A stretch of DNA of 64,000 bases from assembly GCF_009914755.1 (NCBI RefSeq), contig NC_060928.1; one strand, given 5' to 3'. Position numbers and translations under genes: made by a program. The notes under the pieces were generated by a model. The model ran no database searches. It saw only the letters and a program-made list of their open reading frames with translations, and was not told where the DNA came from. Of the stretch, positions 26,341-39,369 are shown piece after piece. Each line of letters starts with the position of its first letter. The first letter of the stretch is position 1. This DNA comes from the human T2T-CHM13v2.0 reference genome, Homo sapiens.

Positions 26341-26803
26341 TGTGGTATATATATATATATGTATTTATATATGTGTATATATATGTATTTATATATATGT
26401 GTATATATATGTGTGTATATATGTATATACACCATGGAATACTACTCAGCCATAAAATGGAATGAAATAATGGCATTTGTAACAACCTGGATGGAATTGG
26501 AGACCATTATTCTAAGCGAAGTAACTCAGGAATGGAAAACCAAACATTGTATGGTCTCATTCATAAGTGGGAGATAAGCTATGAGGATGCAAAGGCATAA
26601 GAATGATACAATGGACTTTGGGGACTCAGAGGAAGGTATGGGAGGAGGGTGATGGATAAAAGACTACACATTGGGTACAGTGTACGCTGCTTGGATGATG
26701 GGTGTACCAAAATCTCAGAAATCACCACTAAAGAACTTATTCATGTAACTGAACACCACCTGTCTTCTAAAAATCGATTGAAATTAAATAAATAAATAAA
26801 TAA
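26341..26803 (+). mobile_element. 5'-truncated L1PB (L1PB1-like) 3' end with an internal (TA)/(TG)-rich microsatellite at 26346-26430
   Basis: gaagtaactcaggaatggaaaaccaaacattg...aagactacacattgggtacagtgtac...gaaatcaccactaaagaacttattcatgtaac, then a (TAAA)n tail. Confidence 0.9.
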
Positions 26804-26915
26804 AATGTATGTAGGCTTGTAGTAGTCAGATCAAGCACACAGAGGATAAAATTATTTAGATTTTTTTCGGAATGAATGCAGATCAAGATATAACAAAGCA
26901 CCAGAAAGTTTTCTT

Positions 26916-27058
26916 TCTTTTTTTTTAATATCTATGTTTCAATTTATTGAAATTATCTTCCAGAGATGCCAGGTATACTTGGTTATGTTTCTCTTCCAAA
27001 TTGATCACATTTTAGTGTTTCTTCTGAATATTTCTAATGTCTCCCATAAATCCACTTC
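26916..27058 (-). pseudogene. Short non-repeat retro-insertion (5'-truncated processed retrocopy or orphan 3' transduction)
   Basis: Perfect 19-bp TSD AGCACCAGAAAGTTTTCTT (26897-26915, 27059-27077). Poly-T at 26916-26926. Minus-strand AATAAA at 26943-26948, 16 nt from the tail. Confidence 0.85.
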
Positions 27059-27326
27059 AGCACCAGAAAGTTTTCTTATGAAGAGTTTTAGCATTGTGTA
27101 TCATAGCTCAATCTTTTTTGGAAAAGTCCAGAAAATTATGGGAATCTGAGAAAATCTACTCTATATGAAAGGATATATACTTTATAACTGACCTTTAAGT
27201 TCATATCAGCACATTATTAATCTATTCAACAAATACTTCTTGAACACATACCATGTCCCAGGATCTACACAAAGCAGTGAATAAAATAGTCAAACTTCCC
27301 ATGATTATGGCCCTCTATTCTAGACC

Positions 27327-27623
27327 AGCAGTAATCAATAAATCCAATAGCTACTAGATCCGTGTGGCTAGACCAAGTCAAAATGTACTGTAAGTGTAAA
27401 ATACACACTGGATTTCCAACACTTAGTGTCAAAAAATAAGGTAAATATCTCACTAATCATTTTTACATTGATTACCTGTCAAAATGATACTATTTTGGCA
27501 GTATTAACGGAAGTATATTGTTACAATTAGCTTCACCTGTTTCTCTTTACTCTTTTAATGTGTCTAGTAGAAAATTTTAAATCACATATTCAGCTTATAC
27601 TCTATTTCCACTGGACAGCGCTG
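27327..27623. mobile_element. MER33 (hAT-Charlie) MITE; an L2 3' fragment lies just upstream (about 27218-27326)
   Basis: gtaagtgtaaaatacacactggattt...ttcacctgtttctctttactc...ctggacagcgctg, with 8-bp TSD ttctagac/ttctagat. Confidence 0.85.
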
Positions 27624-27630
27624 TTCTAGA

Positions 27631-27800
27631 TCAGGGGCTCTCAAACTTCCCTGTATGCAAAATTGTACAGGAATCTTTAAAGATACAGATTCCCAGGCTC
27701 CATCCTCAGAAAGATTCTTATCATATTAGTCTGGACTGAGACTCTTGTGCTGACATTTCTTTTTTAATCTCCCAACTGAGACAATATACAACTGTTCCAG
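27631..27800. mobile_element. MER5A-like hAT MITE
   Basis: caggggctctcaaactt...atacagattcccaggctccatcctcaga...gattc. Confidence 0.65.
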
Positions 27801-27880
27801 GGTCTGTGGAAGACACATATCTGCCCTAGCCATCTGGAATATATCCATTTGGCCATCCTCTAATGGCCATCCTCTCTGTT

Positions 27881-28425
27881 TGTAGTGATATTTAAATGCA
27901 TTCAAAAATTGTTTGATAATTCTTCCTTCGAAAAGTGGAATTTAATTCCCCTCCTCTTCTGTGTGGAAAGGGCTTAATGACTGGCTTCTAACTAACAGAA
28001 TGTGGCAGAAGTGATGGTATATGACTTCCAAGACTAAGTTATAAAAAGCATGTGGCTTCCTTCTTGCACTCTCTCTTTAATTACTTGTCCTGGGAGAAGC
28101 CATCTGCCATGTCGTGAAGGCACTCAAGCAGCCCAGTGGAAAGGCCCACTGGGTAAGGAATTGAAGCCTCCTGCCAACAGCCAGAAGGAATCAGGTGGGC
28201 ATGTAAGTGAAACACCTTGGAAAAGGATCATCCAACCTCAGTCAGACCTTCACGTGCCTGCAGCCCTGACCAATATCTGCAACTTCATGAGAAATCCTGA
28301 GCCAAAACCACCCGACTAAGTCAATCTCAGATTTTTTACCTACAGAGACTGATGAGATAATACAGGTTTATTGTTTTAGGTTGCTAAGTTTTAGGTAATT
28401 TTTATGCAGCGATAAATACCTAACA
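27881..28425 (+). mobile_element. MLT1F-type MaLR solo LTR
   Basis: aaagtggaatttaattcccctcc...acagaatgtggcagaagtgatgg...gaagcctcctgccaacagcc...tgctaagttttagg...aatacctaaca. Confidence 0.85.
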
Positions 28426-31129
28426 TGCTGTGACACTGGGTCTCGCCACTCCTCATCATTTCCTCACCAAGGTCATCTGCCGATGGTGAACTGCCCCAGC
28501 AGCTCAGAGCCATTTATGAGGGTGCTGCATGGTTTTCCTTTTCCAGGTGACAGCCCAGTGGCCACAGACAACCATGTGGTTGTGAGGATCTTCCCACTAG
28601 GTGGGCACCCAGAGAGGTGCCTCAGTGCTGGCAGTCAGCAATCACATAGCCCAGCCGCCTGGGATCTGCACACTGGCTGCAGCTTTGATGCCTTTCTGGT
28701 GGCAACACAGCATGGCACTTGGTGAAAAGGCACTAGAATAACTTTCTGGGTCCTTTGAACTTTGCTAGGGGCGTGAATTTTGGCATGTCTCTACCCTCCT
28801 CCCCAGTCTGTTTTCACTCTTCTCAGCCTCCATCCTGAAACAAAGCTCCCCTTCAAAACAGGGCTGCTGAGAAACACACAAGCACATCCATGCCCATTTC
28901 TATTGTTCCTGGCTGCAAATTCCCTCTTCCTCAGCCGTTTCTCACTTCCTGCATATGTCTGTAGACCCATAGCTGCAACTGCCTATGATTGCAATTTTAT
29001 CCCTACTTCTGATATTATATACATCCCAATTTCCACTTTGCCTCCCCAAACATAGTCCCACTGTCCACATCCCCTACGTTTCCTGGCACATTGGCAGTCC
29101 TCTGGAGGAACTAGTACAATGCACACTTCTACACAGGTTTTTCTCCCTGGAGGAAGCAATGAAGGAAGCGTTATGCCAGTCTTGGTCGATTACAGAAAGA
29201 ACTATTGTAGATTCATAGTCTTGGTCAAGAAATTCTGCTCTAGTTGGTTTGGCAATAATACTAACAGAAAAGTAATAATGCTTAACTTCCTTTTTTGATA
29301 GCATTATTTTAAGTTAAATTCCTTCAACTTAAAGTTCTTTAAGATTTATAAGGTAAAGAGTTAGTTTCAGCTCACTAGATCCCCCAAGTTTCTCTAAAAT
29401 GAACACCTAAGTATTAACATTACTCAAATGCTTTATGGTTTTTTTTCCAGTGCAAAAGGGGAAACAAAGCTTACTTTATTCCTAAAGTGTTTTCCCCCAT
29501 GTTTTTGCCTGGCCTGAAATCAGACTCATGTTCTAAAAAGGAGCGATTAAGTGCAGACTTCTGTTTTAACAGGATGTATTTAAGGCAGCCAGGAGCATTC
29601 TCCCTGCGTTAAGTTGAAAGGTCTTAATCAGAATGAAAAATTGATTACTTGTCTTGACATATGAGTCACTTATTGTCACAAGGAGCTATCCATTTAAGTG
29701 TATGATATTTCAGCTTTGCATAAATAACGTCTCCTTTCTTTTTGACTCTATAAATATGCAGGTTCAAACACAAGAACATCTGACTCTAGGGGGCTTGTGT
29801 CTGAGTCTTGAATCGTGTTGTCAAAGGATAATTCATATTTCTCCCCTCCACCCCCACTCACACACACTTTTTAAATGTTCTTCTATCCTGTGCCTCCCCC
29901 TTTACTCTCTTCCACCTCAAACAGATAATCCATGTTTTTCAAAAGGTGCCTTGTTACTGAAAGGATAACTGGAAACTCACCAGCTTGTATCTTAGGCTAC
30001 TGGGCTTCACTCCTTTTAATAACAGACAAAGGAGAAGTCCGCTAATGATGTTGACCCACCTCGGCTTGTGTTTGTGTAATGTTTGAAAGAGGTTTTGTTA
30101 TCGTTAGACGTTCCTGAACAATCGCTCTCAGAACATCAAGCACCGAGCAGAGCGGAGAGGTGAGAGTCAGGATCGGGGCGGGGGATCAGAAAGGCTCCCG
30201 GTCCAGTCCTCCCTGCTTGTTCAGCACCATCTACTGGGGGATTACAATGCGACTTCAGAAACAAGAACTCATGTGGCCCTAAATACAGGGAGGAAAGTTT
30301 TACATCCATCCTCACAGGTGGTACATAATTACTCACTGTTTATCGTGTGTGGGTTACATATATCCACATTTTGAATTATAAACAACAAATATTTCATCTT
30401 GTTATTCAATCTTACATTGTCTCTAACCTGAGATATTTGACTCATTAATTTGTCCTTGATGAGTGGGGGGGGATGAAAATAATTGTAATATCATCAAAGC
30501 AAATAACACCTGGGAAAATCTCACAAACAGTATTCCGAAATTGGATAAAATAGAATGCTGTTCTAACGTGGCTCTTTATTACAGTTCATTATCTTTCAAA
30601 CTACATTATTTTAAGATAAACTGATATATAAATAATTTTTTAGATAATCAAAATTTTAAGCACCATAAGGTTTAATATTATTTTCAAAGGAATACAAAGG
30701 AAAATTAAATTTTTATACATGACCAAGAGCTGTTTATTATGAACATCATTTACTATGCAAGACCTCAGGAACAATTATAATACGTGGAACTGTTTGCCCT
30801 TATGCTAAATGCTCCTTTTCCAGTTAAGTTCTTGTCTCTTCTTTTCATTGCTTTTCTTCCTTCTTATATCCAAAGTAATTCTACCTTCCTGTAGCACCCT
30901 ATGCATGCACCACATTTCTTCATCTTTTACTTCTTTTAAACTTACTGGTAGGCAATCATATAACTAAATTTAGTAGAAGAAGTGAGACCTGCTGTGGCTC
31001 ATCTATGAGTAAAATGTACATGTAATGAATGAAATTTGTGACAACACTCGCCTGTCTTATTCCACTTTATTCTGAACTAGCAGATGTCTTCAAGAAAATT
31101 GAGATGGCTGAATAAGCCACCTTCAAATA

Positions 31130-31472
31130 CAGCAGTCCCCAGCCTTTTTGGCACCATGAACCAGTGAAAGACACTTTTGCCACATACATGGGGGCAGGGG
31201 AAGGTGGGACAGAGGATGGTTTTGGGATGCAACTGTTTCACCTCAGATCATCAGGCATTAATTATTAATTAGATTCTCATAAGGAGCATGCAACCTAGAT
31301 CCCTCACATGCGCAGTTCACAGCGGGGTTTGCTCTCCTATGAAAATCTATGCCGCTGCTGATCTGACAGGAGGTGCAGCTTAGGCAGTAATGCACGCTTG
31401 CCCCTCTCACCTCCTGCTGTGCTGCCCAGTTCCTAACAGGCTGTGGACCACTACCCCTGCTGGGGTCCCCTG
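31130..31472 (+). mobile_element. MER1B (hAT-Charlie)
   Basis: cagcagtccccagcctttttggcacc...cacctcagatcatcaggcatt...attagattctcataaggagc...ggggtcccctg, with TSD ttcaaata/ttcaataa. Confidence 0.9.
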
Positions 31473-31939
31473 TTCAATAAGTTAAATGCAGTCCATTTGG
31501 GTATACTATTAGTTAAGGGACATTTACCAAAATATATGTTCACATAGAAAATTTAGAAAAGGCCCAACTCAACTGGTACAACAATGTAAGGCAGATACTC
31601 TGTTAAATACTCCCAACAGTGCTGTTATGTTAATTTCATTTCTTGACTAGTTTATGGATTGCTTCCTTTTTGAAACCAAGCAGGAATAAATGAGAACTAA
31701 CTGGACGTTCTTAACTTTCTTCTCAGTCATAGACTCCTTTTAATCCCACAGTTTGGCAGCTGATATAAACTAACAAGATAGTTACTTATTATTATCCATG
31801 ACATTCTAATCCAGTTCTAGAATAACAGGTGGACTCTAGAAGATGATAATAGCTATATGTTGCCTCTACTTATAGGTTAGCTCCTTGGTTAAAACACTAC
31901 GTTAGGCGACCAAGATCATGAATATGATTTCCCTCCCCG

Positions 31940-32260
31940 GGGGCATATCCCATTCTGTGGAAGCTGGTGCTTATGCCACTTGGAGAGCTCTTTAAGAAAC
32001 AGAACATAAAAGTACCATTAGGTAAGAAAGTGACTATTTAAGAATAATTTTACAAAGTTGACAAATACTGTAAGCATCACAAAATCCAGGTTAACAGAAT
32101 GTGTGTACTAACTACCTGACACTTCTGCAATATTTTTCTACTTTTTAATCTGCATGCTCTTTGAATGCCTCTTTAAATGAAAATTCTATAATTTTCTATA
32201 GCAACAGTGAAGGGTACTTTTGTGTTTCCTCTAGCAGAAAGTCTTTTATTTTAGACAGAT
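31940..32260. mobile_element. Arthur1-like hAT-Tip100 fragment
   Basis: gctctttaagaaacagaacataaaa...ttaggtaagaaagtgactattt...gacaaatactgtaagcatcacaaaatccagg. Confidence 0.6.
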
Positions 32261-32905
32261 TTTAGAAACAATGGGAAAAAGTGTAGCTTCTACAAAAGGA
32301 AACGTGGAATTACCATCTAAGGGATGAGGTTGGCCTTCTGAAGGAATAAACGAAGAGAATATTAGTTAATGTGGGGGAATCAAGTTTATTTTGGAAATGG
32401 TTTTGATATCACCAATGAAAGGAAGTAGTGTATCCCAGCGTTTAACAGCTTGGACCACTTAAAACTGTGTGACTTTGGCAACTAACAATTTATTTGCACT
32501 GCAGTTCACTAATAGGGTAAAGTTGCTGGAAAGATTAAATGAGAAGGTTAATGTAACATATTTTAACAAAGTGCTTGTCTTGTTGTTTTGCTTCACTTAT
32601 GAACTGTTTTGCTTTAAATATTAACAATAGTCCAAAAAAAATTAAATAAACTCCCCAAGTGATGCTGATGCACAGCTAGGAATGGAGACCACCAGACCAC
32701 ACTTGTACCAAAAATTTAGCTTCTTTGATAGGAGATGTTTTGGGGGTAGAGTGAGAGAGAAAACAGTAAAATGATTCCTTACCTAGTGAAGAAGAAATAC
32801 ATTAAGCCAACTTTGCAGCCACAAAAAATGATGGATTTAAAGACTTAAATCCATGTTTGGTCATGTTTCCAAATATCAGAAAAAAAGTTTTAAAAAAAGT
32901 ACTTT

Positions 32906-35298
32906 ACATCAAAAAGTTTATCCACCATGATCAAGTTGGCTTCATCCCTGGGATGCAAGGCTGGTTCAACGTATGAAAATCAATAAACGTAATCCATCAC
33001 ATAAACAGAACCAGTGACAAAAACCACATGATTAATCTCGATAGATGCAGAAAAGGCCTTCAATAAAATTCAGCATCTGTTTATGTTAAAAACTCTCAAT
33101 AAACTAAATATTGATGGAACATATATCAAAATAATAACAGCTATTTATGACAAACCCACAGCCAATATCATACTGAATGGGCAAAAACTGGAAGCATTCC
33201 CTTTGAAAACCACCACATGACAAGGATGCCCTCTCTCACGACTCCTAGTCAATATAGTATTGGAAGTTCTGGCCAGGGCAATCAAGCAAGAAAAAGAAAT
33301 AAAGCATATTCAAATAGGAAGAGAGGAAGTCAAATTGTCTCTGTTTGCAGATGACATGAGCTTATATTTAAAATACCCCATCATCTCAGCCCAAAAGCTT
33401 CTCAAGCTCATAAGCAAACTTCAGCAAAATCTCAGGACACAAAAATCAATGTGCTAAAATCACAAGCATTCCTATATACCAACAATAGACAAGCAGAGAA
33501 CCAAATCATGAATGAACTCCCTTCACAATTGCTGCAAAGAGAATAAAATACCTAGGAATTCAGCTAACAAGGGACATGAAGGGCCTCTTCAAGGAGAACT
33601 ACAAACCACTGCTCAAGGAAATCAGAGAGGGCACAAACAGATGGAAAAACATTCCATCCTCACGAATAGGAAGAATCAATATCATGAAAATGGCCATACT
33701 GCCCAATGTATAGATTCAATGCTATTCCCATCAAACTACCATTGACGTTCTTCACAGAATTAGAAAAAAACTACTTTAAAATTCATATGAAATTTTAAAG
33801 ATCCTTTATAGTCAAGTCAGTCCTAAGCAAAAAGAACAAAGCTATAGGCATCATGCTACCCGACTTCAAACTATACTACAAGGCTACAGTAACCAAAACA
33901 GCAAAACAGCATGGTAGTGGCACCAAAACAGACATATAGACCAATGAAACAGAACAGAGACCTCAGAAATAACACCACATCTACAACCATCTGATCTTCA
34001 ACAAACCTGACAAAAATGAGCAATGGGGAAGGGATTCCCTATTTAATAAATGGTGCTGGGAAAACTGGCTAACCATATGCAGAAAACTGAAATTGGACCC
34101 CTTTCTTATGCATTTTACAAAAGTTAACTCAAGATGGATTAAAGACTTAAATGTAAAACGCAAAACTATAAAAACCCTAGAAGAAAGCCTAGGCAATACC
34201 ATTCAGGACATAGGCATGGGCAAAGACTTCATGACTAAAATACCAAAAGCAATTGCAACAAAAGCTAAAATTGACAAATGAGATCTAATTAAACTAAAGA
34301 GCTTCTGCACAGCCAAAGAAATTATCATCAGAGTGAACAGGCAACCTACATAATAGGAGAAAATTTTTGCAATCTGCCCATCTTACAAAGGTCTAATATT
34401 TAGAATTTACAAGGACCTTAAACAAATTCACAAGAAAAAAACAAACAACCTCATCAAAAAGTGGGCAAAGGTTATGAACAGACACTTCTCAAAAGAAGAC
34501 ATTTATGCGGCCAACCAACATATGAAATAAAGCTCAACATCACTGATAATTAAAGAAATGCAAATCAAAACCACAGTGGGATACCTTCTCATGCCAGTCA
34601 GAATGGTGATTATTAAAGAGTCAAGAAACAACAGATGCTGGCAAGGCTGTGGAGAAATATGAATATTTTTACACTGTTGGTGGGAATGCAAATAGTTCAA
34701 CCATTGTAGAAAACAGTGTGGTGATTTCTCAAGGATCTAGAACCAGAAATACCATTTGACCCAGCAATCCCATTACTGGGTACATACCCAAAGAAATATA
34801 AATCATTCTCTTACAAGATACATGCACATGTATGTTTATTGCAGCACTATTCACAATAACAAAGACATGGAACCAACCCAAATGCTCATCAATGATAGAC
34901 TGGATAAAAAAAGTGATACATACACACCATGGAATACTGTGCAGCAATAAAGAGGAATGAGATCATGTCCTTTGTAGGGACATGGATGAAGCTGGAAACC
35001 ATCATCCTCAGCAAACTAACACAGAAACAGAAAACCAAACACTGCATGTTCTCACTCATAAGTGGGACCTGAACAATGAGAAAATATGGACACAAAGAGG
35101 GGAACAACACACATCAGGGCCTGTCAGGGGGAGCAAGGGGAGGGAGAGCATCAGGACAAATAGCTAACGCATGCATGGCTTAATATCTTGGTGACAGGTT
35201 GATAGGTGCAGCAAACCACCATGGCACACGTTTACCTATGTAAAAAACCTGCACATTCTGTACATGTATCCCAAAACTTGAAGTAAAATTTTTTAAAA
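32906..35298 (+). mobile_element. 5'-truncated L1PA8-like LINE (RT domain to 3' end)
   Basis: [32 protein letters not shown], and 3'UTR ggagggagagcatcaggacaaatagctaac. TSD aaaaagtactttacatcaa / aaaaggtactttagatcaa. Confidence 0.93.
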
Positions 35299-35459
35299 GG
35301 TACTTTAGATCAACAATACTAAAACCTAGTCTAATGCATATGGAAATTGTCAAATTTCTAGAGGCTAAAGTTTTTCATCACTACTATAAAATGTTCTTTT
35401 AAGGGGCCTTAACTTAACTCACTGGGTGATGCAGCACCCAGAGTTTTGTTTTCTCTCTG

Positions 35460-35700
35460 ATAGGCTTGGGTATCAGACAGATGCACATTTGGTTCTGAGT
35501 TTTATAACTCACTGTCCCTGTGACTTTGGGAATATTATTAACCTCTCCAAGGTAGTCTACTTCTGTATAAAGTAAGAATATTAATCACGTCTACCACATG
35601 CCTTCGCTGTGAGGCTTGAATGAGAGAGAATGGCATGCTTTCAGCAGAGTTTTGAGCATATTCCAAGCAGTTAATAAAAGTTAGCTATTATCATTATCAC
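35460..35700 (+). mobile_element. MIR SINE
   Basis: ggcttgggtatcagacag...ctgtgactttgggaatattattaacctctc...aataaaagttagctatta. Confidence 0.75.
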
Positions 35701-36182
35701 TTCTATGATTCTTGTTTGGTTGAGAGTGTGAAGTTTTTATTTTGGCTTTTATTTTTTATTCTACCATAATTTTTCCTTACCGGCTACACCGGGTTTATAC
35801 TGGGTAGGCCTTCCCATTTTTAACTCAATGCTCTGAGGCACTAACAGAGATTGAAATATACAGAATACTTGAGAAAAAGTGGAGTACATAGGCAGGTGTG
35901 TGTATGTGTAAGTGTACGTGTGTTCTGATTTCTTGCATTCAATATATCTTTAAAATTGTTGAAATTATTGTATGTGGCCCCAAAATAATGAAAATGACCT
36001 AAGAAATTAAAAATTAACTTTTAGAGCATTTCTCTTTACAGTCTAACTTGGAGTTTTCAATGTATTTAACATATTCTGAGATGTACCTTATTAACTTCTA
36101 CAAGTCACTGAGCTTCCAGAAGACTTGGTCTCCTTACATGCAAAACAAGGATAAGAATACTTAATAATATTTATGTAGCATC

Positions 36183-36390
36183 TTTCATTCAACAAATGTA
36201 CTAAGTGCAGCAGCACACAAGACAGGCATGGTTCCAGCTGTCATGGAGCTTATGGTCTGTTAGGAATAACAGACATTGAGTAGTTTAATGAGTACAATAA
36301 AGGAAGAGTACAGTGAACAATAAAATCATACAACAGACAAATATAGTCTAGTCTGAAGAAGTGGCATCTGGCTTGGTAGGAGTTAAATAT
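36183..36390 (-). mobile_element. L2 3' fragment
   Basis: ttcattcaacaaatgtactaagtgc...acaagacaggcatggttccagctgtcatggagcttatggtct. Confidence 0.7.
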
Positions 36391-37284
36391 TACTATGGAA
36401 AGAATTGGAAAGCAGGGTAAGAATTGGTTACACAGGGTAATTTATTTGTTCCTTCATGTATTTATTCAACCAACAAGACTCTTCCATAAGGCTCATTTAC
36501 CTGTACCCATGACCTCTGTGCTCTTCAAGTCTTATCTGGGCTATTACTGCAGCAGTGCCCTTACTAGTCCATCTGCTACACAGCTATCAAAGTTATCATC
36601 CAAAACCAATCATTTTTAAATGTTTTACAGAGCAATGCCTGTTTTTTGGAGCATTTTTTGGAGAAAATTTTGTCCAAGAGAACCCTAAAAATAAGGTCTG
36701 TTTCTTTGTGAGTTGCTTACTGCTGACCACACTGCACTGCATTTGAAACACTCATGAGAAGGAGGGAAGTTTTCTGTACTTTTGGGCTTAGTCTTTTAAT
36801 AGTTAAACGGAATCTGATGTGTCAGCTAGTCTCAGGGCTGAAAATACATTTCCGACTTGAAATGTCTGAATCAAAGATTTGATCATTGTTTATTGGGTCA
36901 GTAGGTTTCTATATGGGGGGCTGAATCACTGAAATAGCTAACCCAGGATAGGGTTGAGTCAGGCGAGGCACACGATGAAGAAATAGAGGCAGTGACCTTG
37001 ACTGTAGCTATAGCTAGCTCAAGCAATATAAGTGCCAAATTATCTCCTCAAATCTCTAGACCAGATTCAGCCTATGTCAGAACAGTTTTAGAGTTTAGAA
37101 ACTATTACTTAATGTGCAATTTTTATTTTTTACTTTCAGTATTCAGTTGTGGTTTTGGTGTAGAGAAAGTGGATTTTTAAAGCAAGTTGCTTCAAAGTAT
37201 ATCAGTGGATTTGCCAGAGAGGAATAACCTTAGATATGATCTTGTTTCTCATTTGGCTTTCCACCAAATCACTGTTATGCAAAA

Positions 37285-37333
37285 ATTCTCCATTCAAATT
37301 AAGGGGTGTGTGTGTGTTTGTGTGTGTGTATGT
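37285..37333. repeat. Short imperfect (TG)n
   Basis: ggtgtgtgtgtgtttgtgtgtgtgtatgt near 37305-37333. Confidence 0.6.
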
Positions 37334-37582
37334 AAAAGAGATTCCCAGCATAGCCTCTGAAAAGCATATCTTCTTAAATATCTAATTTTAAGAACTTAGC
37401 TTTTTTCTTTTTGTGTGTGTTATCAGTTTTGCTGAAAACTTGATTACTTTTGGGCAAGGAATAGTGAAGCCTAAAAAATACATAAAGTTCTTCAAATCTC
37501 TAACTTTTCCATAGAACTTGACCCATAACATATCTTCAGCAAATATAACACAGAAATAGAACAGGTTTCTTTTTCTTCTCTC

Positions 37583-38075
37583 TCTGTTAGGATTCTATTG
37601 GTTGCAGTGACAGAGAATACAAATCAAACTGGTTTAAACAAAGATTTACTAGCTTATATAACTGAGGTGTCCAAATTGAGCCAGGATTTATATTTCTTTC
37701 TCTGTTTCTTGCTCCTGCTTCAGGGTCCAAATAATCAGAAGAAAGCTTCCAACAGCTTCTAGGGCTGAATCTTCCTGGCTTCTAATTCAGTAGAAAAGAA
37801 CAAGTATCTTTTTCCCAGCATTGTTAGCATAAATTCTGAGATTTGCCTGATTGAACCCACTTAGGTCACATGACTGGTCTTTAATCCATCTCTGTGGACA
37901 GGAAAATACCACTTGCTGATTGGCTCAGAGCAGAGTCAAGCTCTCCATTCCTAGGGCTCAATGCACAGCCCTACGCAGACCATATGAGCTGAAAGTGGAA
38001 CACTGAAGAGTGGATACACACATTAAAGCCAGGCTGTTGCTGGAAGGAGAGGAAATAGAAGCTGGGAAGACAAAC
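37583..38075 (-). mobile_element. Old MLT1 (J/K-like) MaLR LTR
   Basis: gttaggattctattggttgcagtgacagagaatacaaatcaaactggtttaaacaaag...ttaggtcacatg...gctgattggctcag. Confidence 0.65.
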
Positions 38076-38524
38076 TAATATTCACTTTATCTTAAATCCC
38101 ACCTCTCGCTAAATCTCATTTTGTGCTTTCTCTCCACACACATGTCACCTGTCTTGTCTCTCTCTATCTATCTTGTTCATCTACTACTGATACCTTCAGG
38201 AGATGGTGGGGTACACTATTCCTGTTCCTTAACTGCTTCTTAAAAATAATTTTTAGCTTCCCATTGCCCGCAGAGTGCATCTCAATCTGTAGTACGTAGT
38301 CTCAAAGATTGTGACAGTATGCTGGAGGACTAATACATAGAAAAAATGGAAATGTCTTCCTTAGCCATCAATTTTACTTGAAGATTTAGAAAAATATATT
38401 GTCTATTATATCAAATATATTATGGAGTAGGATTGCAAAATTCACAATAATAAACCACAAGACTTAAATTGGATGGCTCCTGTTGCATATTTAGTGCCAT
38501 GTTCCATGTTCCCCTGGTGTACAA

Positions 38525-39030
38525 GTTCACTTACATGCAAGATAGAACCCCAAGTTCTTAGCCTGACCCACCAGGTTGTTTGCAATCACACATCAATCTC
38601 TGTAGGCTCATCTCTAACTCTTCTCACACATATCTCCTGCCCTCCTGAAGTTCTCCGTGTTTTTTTTTAGCCTAACTCTACATGTTTATTCATATTACAC
38701 TCGTCAAAGATAGCCTTTCCCGCTCCACTTTCACACCAGAAAAACTTTTATTCATTTTGCAGTACCCAATTCGAATATTATTTCTGTACGCAGGAACATC
38801 ATAGCCAAATATTCTTGCCTTTAGTTAGTATAATTTTTCCTGACTGTTTGGCAATGAGTCACCTTTCCATTTTGATTCCTATAATATTTTATTTATGCCA
38901 CTGTTGGAACGTATAGTATATTATATTAAGTTTAGGTATGGAGGGAATGTTTGTCTTTTCCCATCAGACTCTGGTTTCTATGATAACAGCATCTAACACA
39001 TGACTGGCAATCAACACATATTGATTCAAC
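38525..39030 (+). mobile_element. L2 3' region (degraded)
   Basis: agatagaaccccaagttcttagcctgacc...tcccatcagactct...agcatctaacacatgactggca. Confidence 0.55.
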
Positions 39031-39369
39031 AACCTGAGAACTGATATTATAATTCATTCTTATTTGTACTTGCAATGTCTAATACAAGACCAGAGGAGGA
39101 GCTCAAATGTAAATGAGTTAATATCAAACTTAAGCTTTGCAACACTTAATACCAGATCCTAGACACACTTTAAGCTTTGTTTATGAAATTAAGGGAATAG
39201 AGAAAAGCACAGATCAGAGAAAAATAAGCAGTCATTACAACAGGCCAAACTCTTCAACAACATCAGGAGCCAAGGGTAACCACTTTGGGGGCCCTTCTCT
39301 CTGAGCAACCCAAGTGATGGCCTCAATTCCTAATGAAGAGAGGATCAAGCTTCAGGCCAGTGGCACAGT

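Noticed and set aside
32906-35298. Apparent segmental duplication with 23740-26110
   Set aside because: Both are independent L1PA insertions with different 3'UTRs and flanks. The similarity is family-level.
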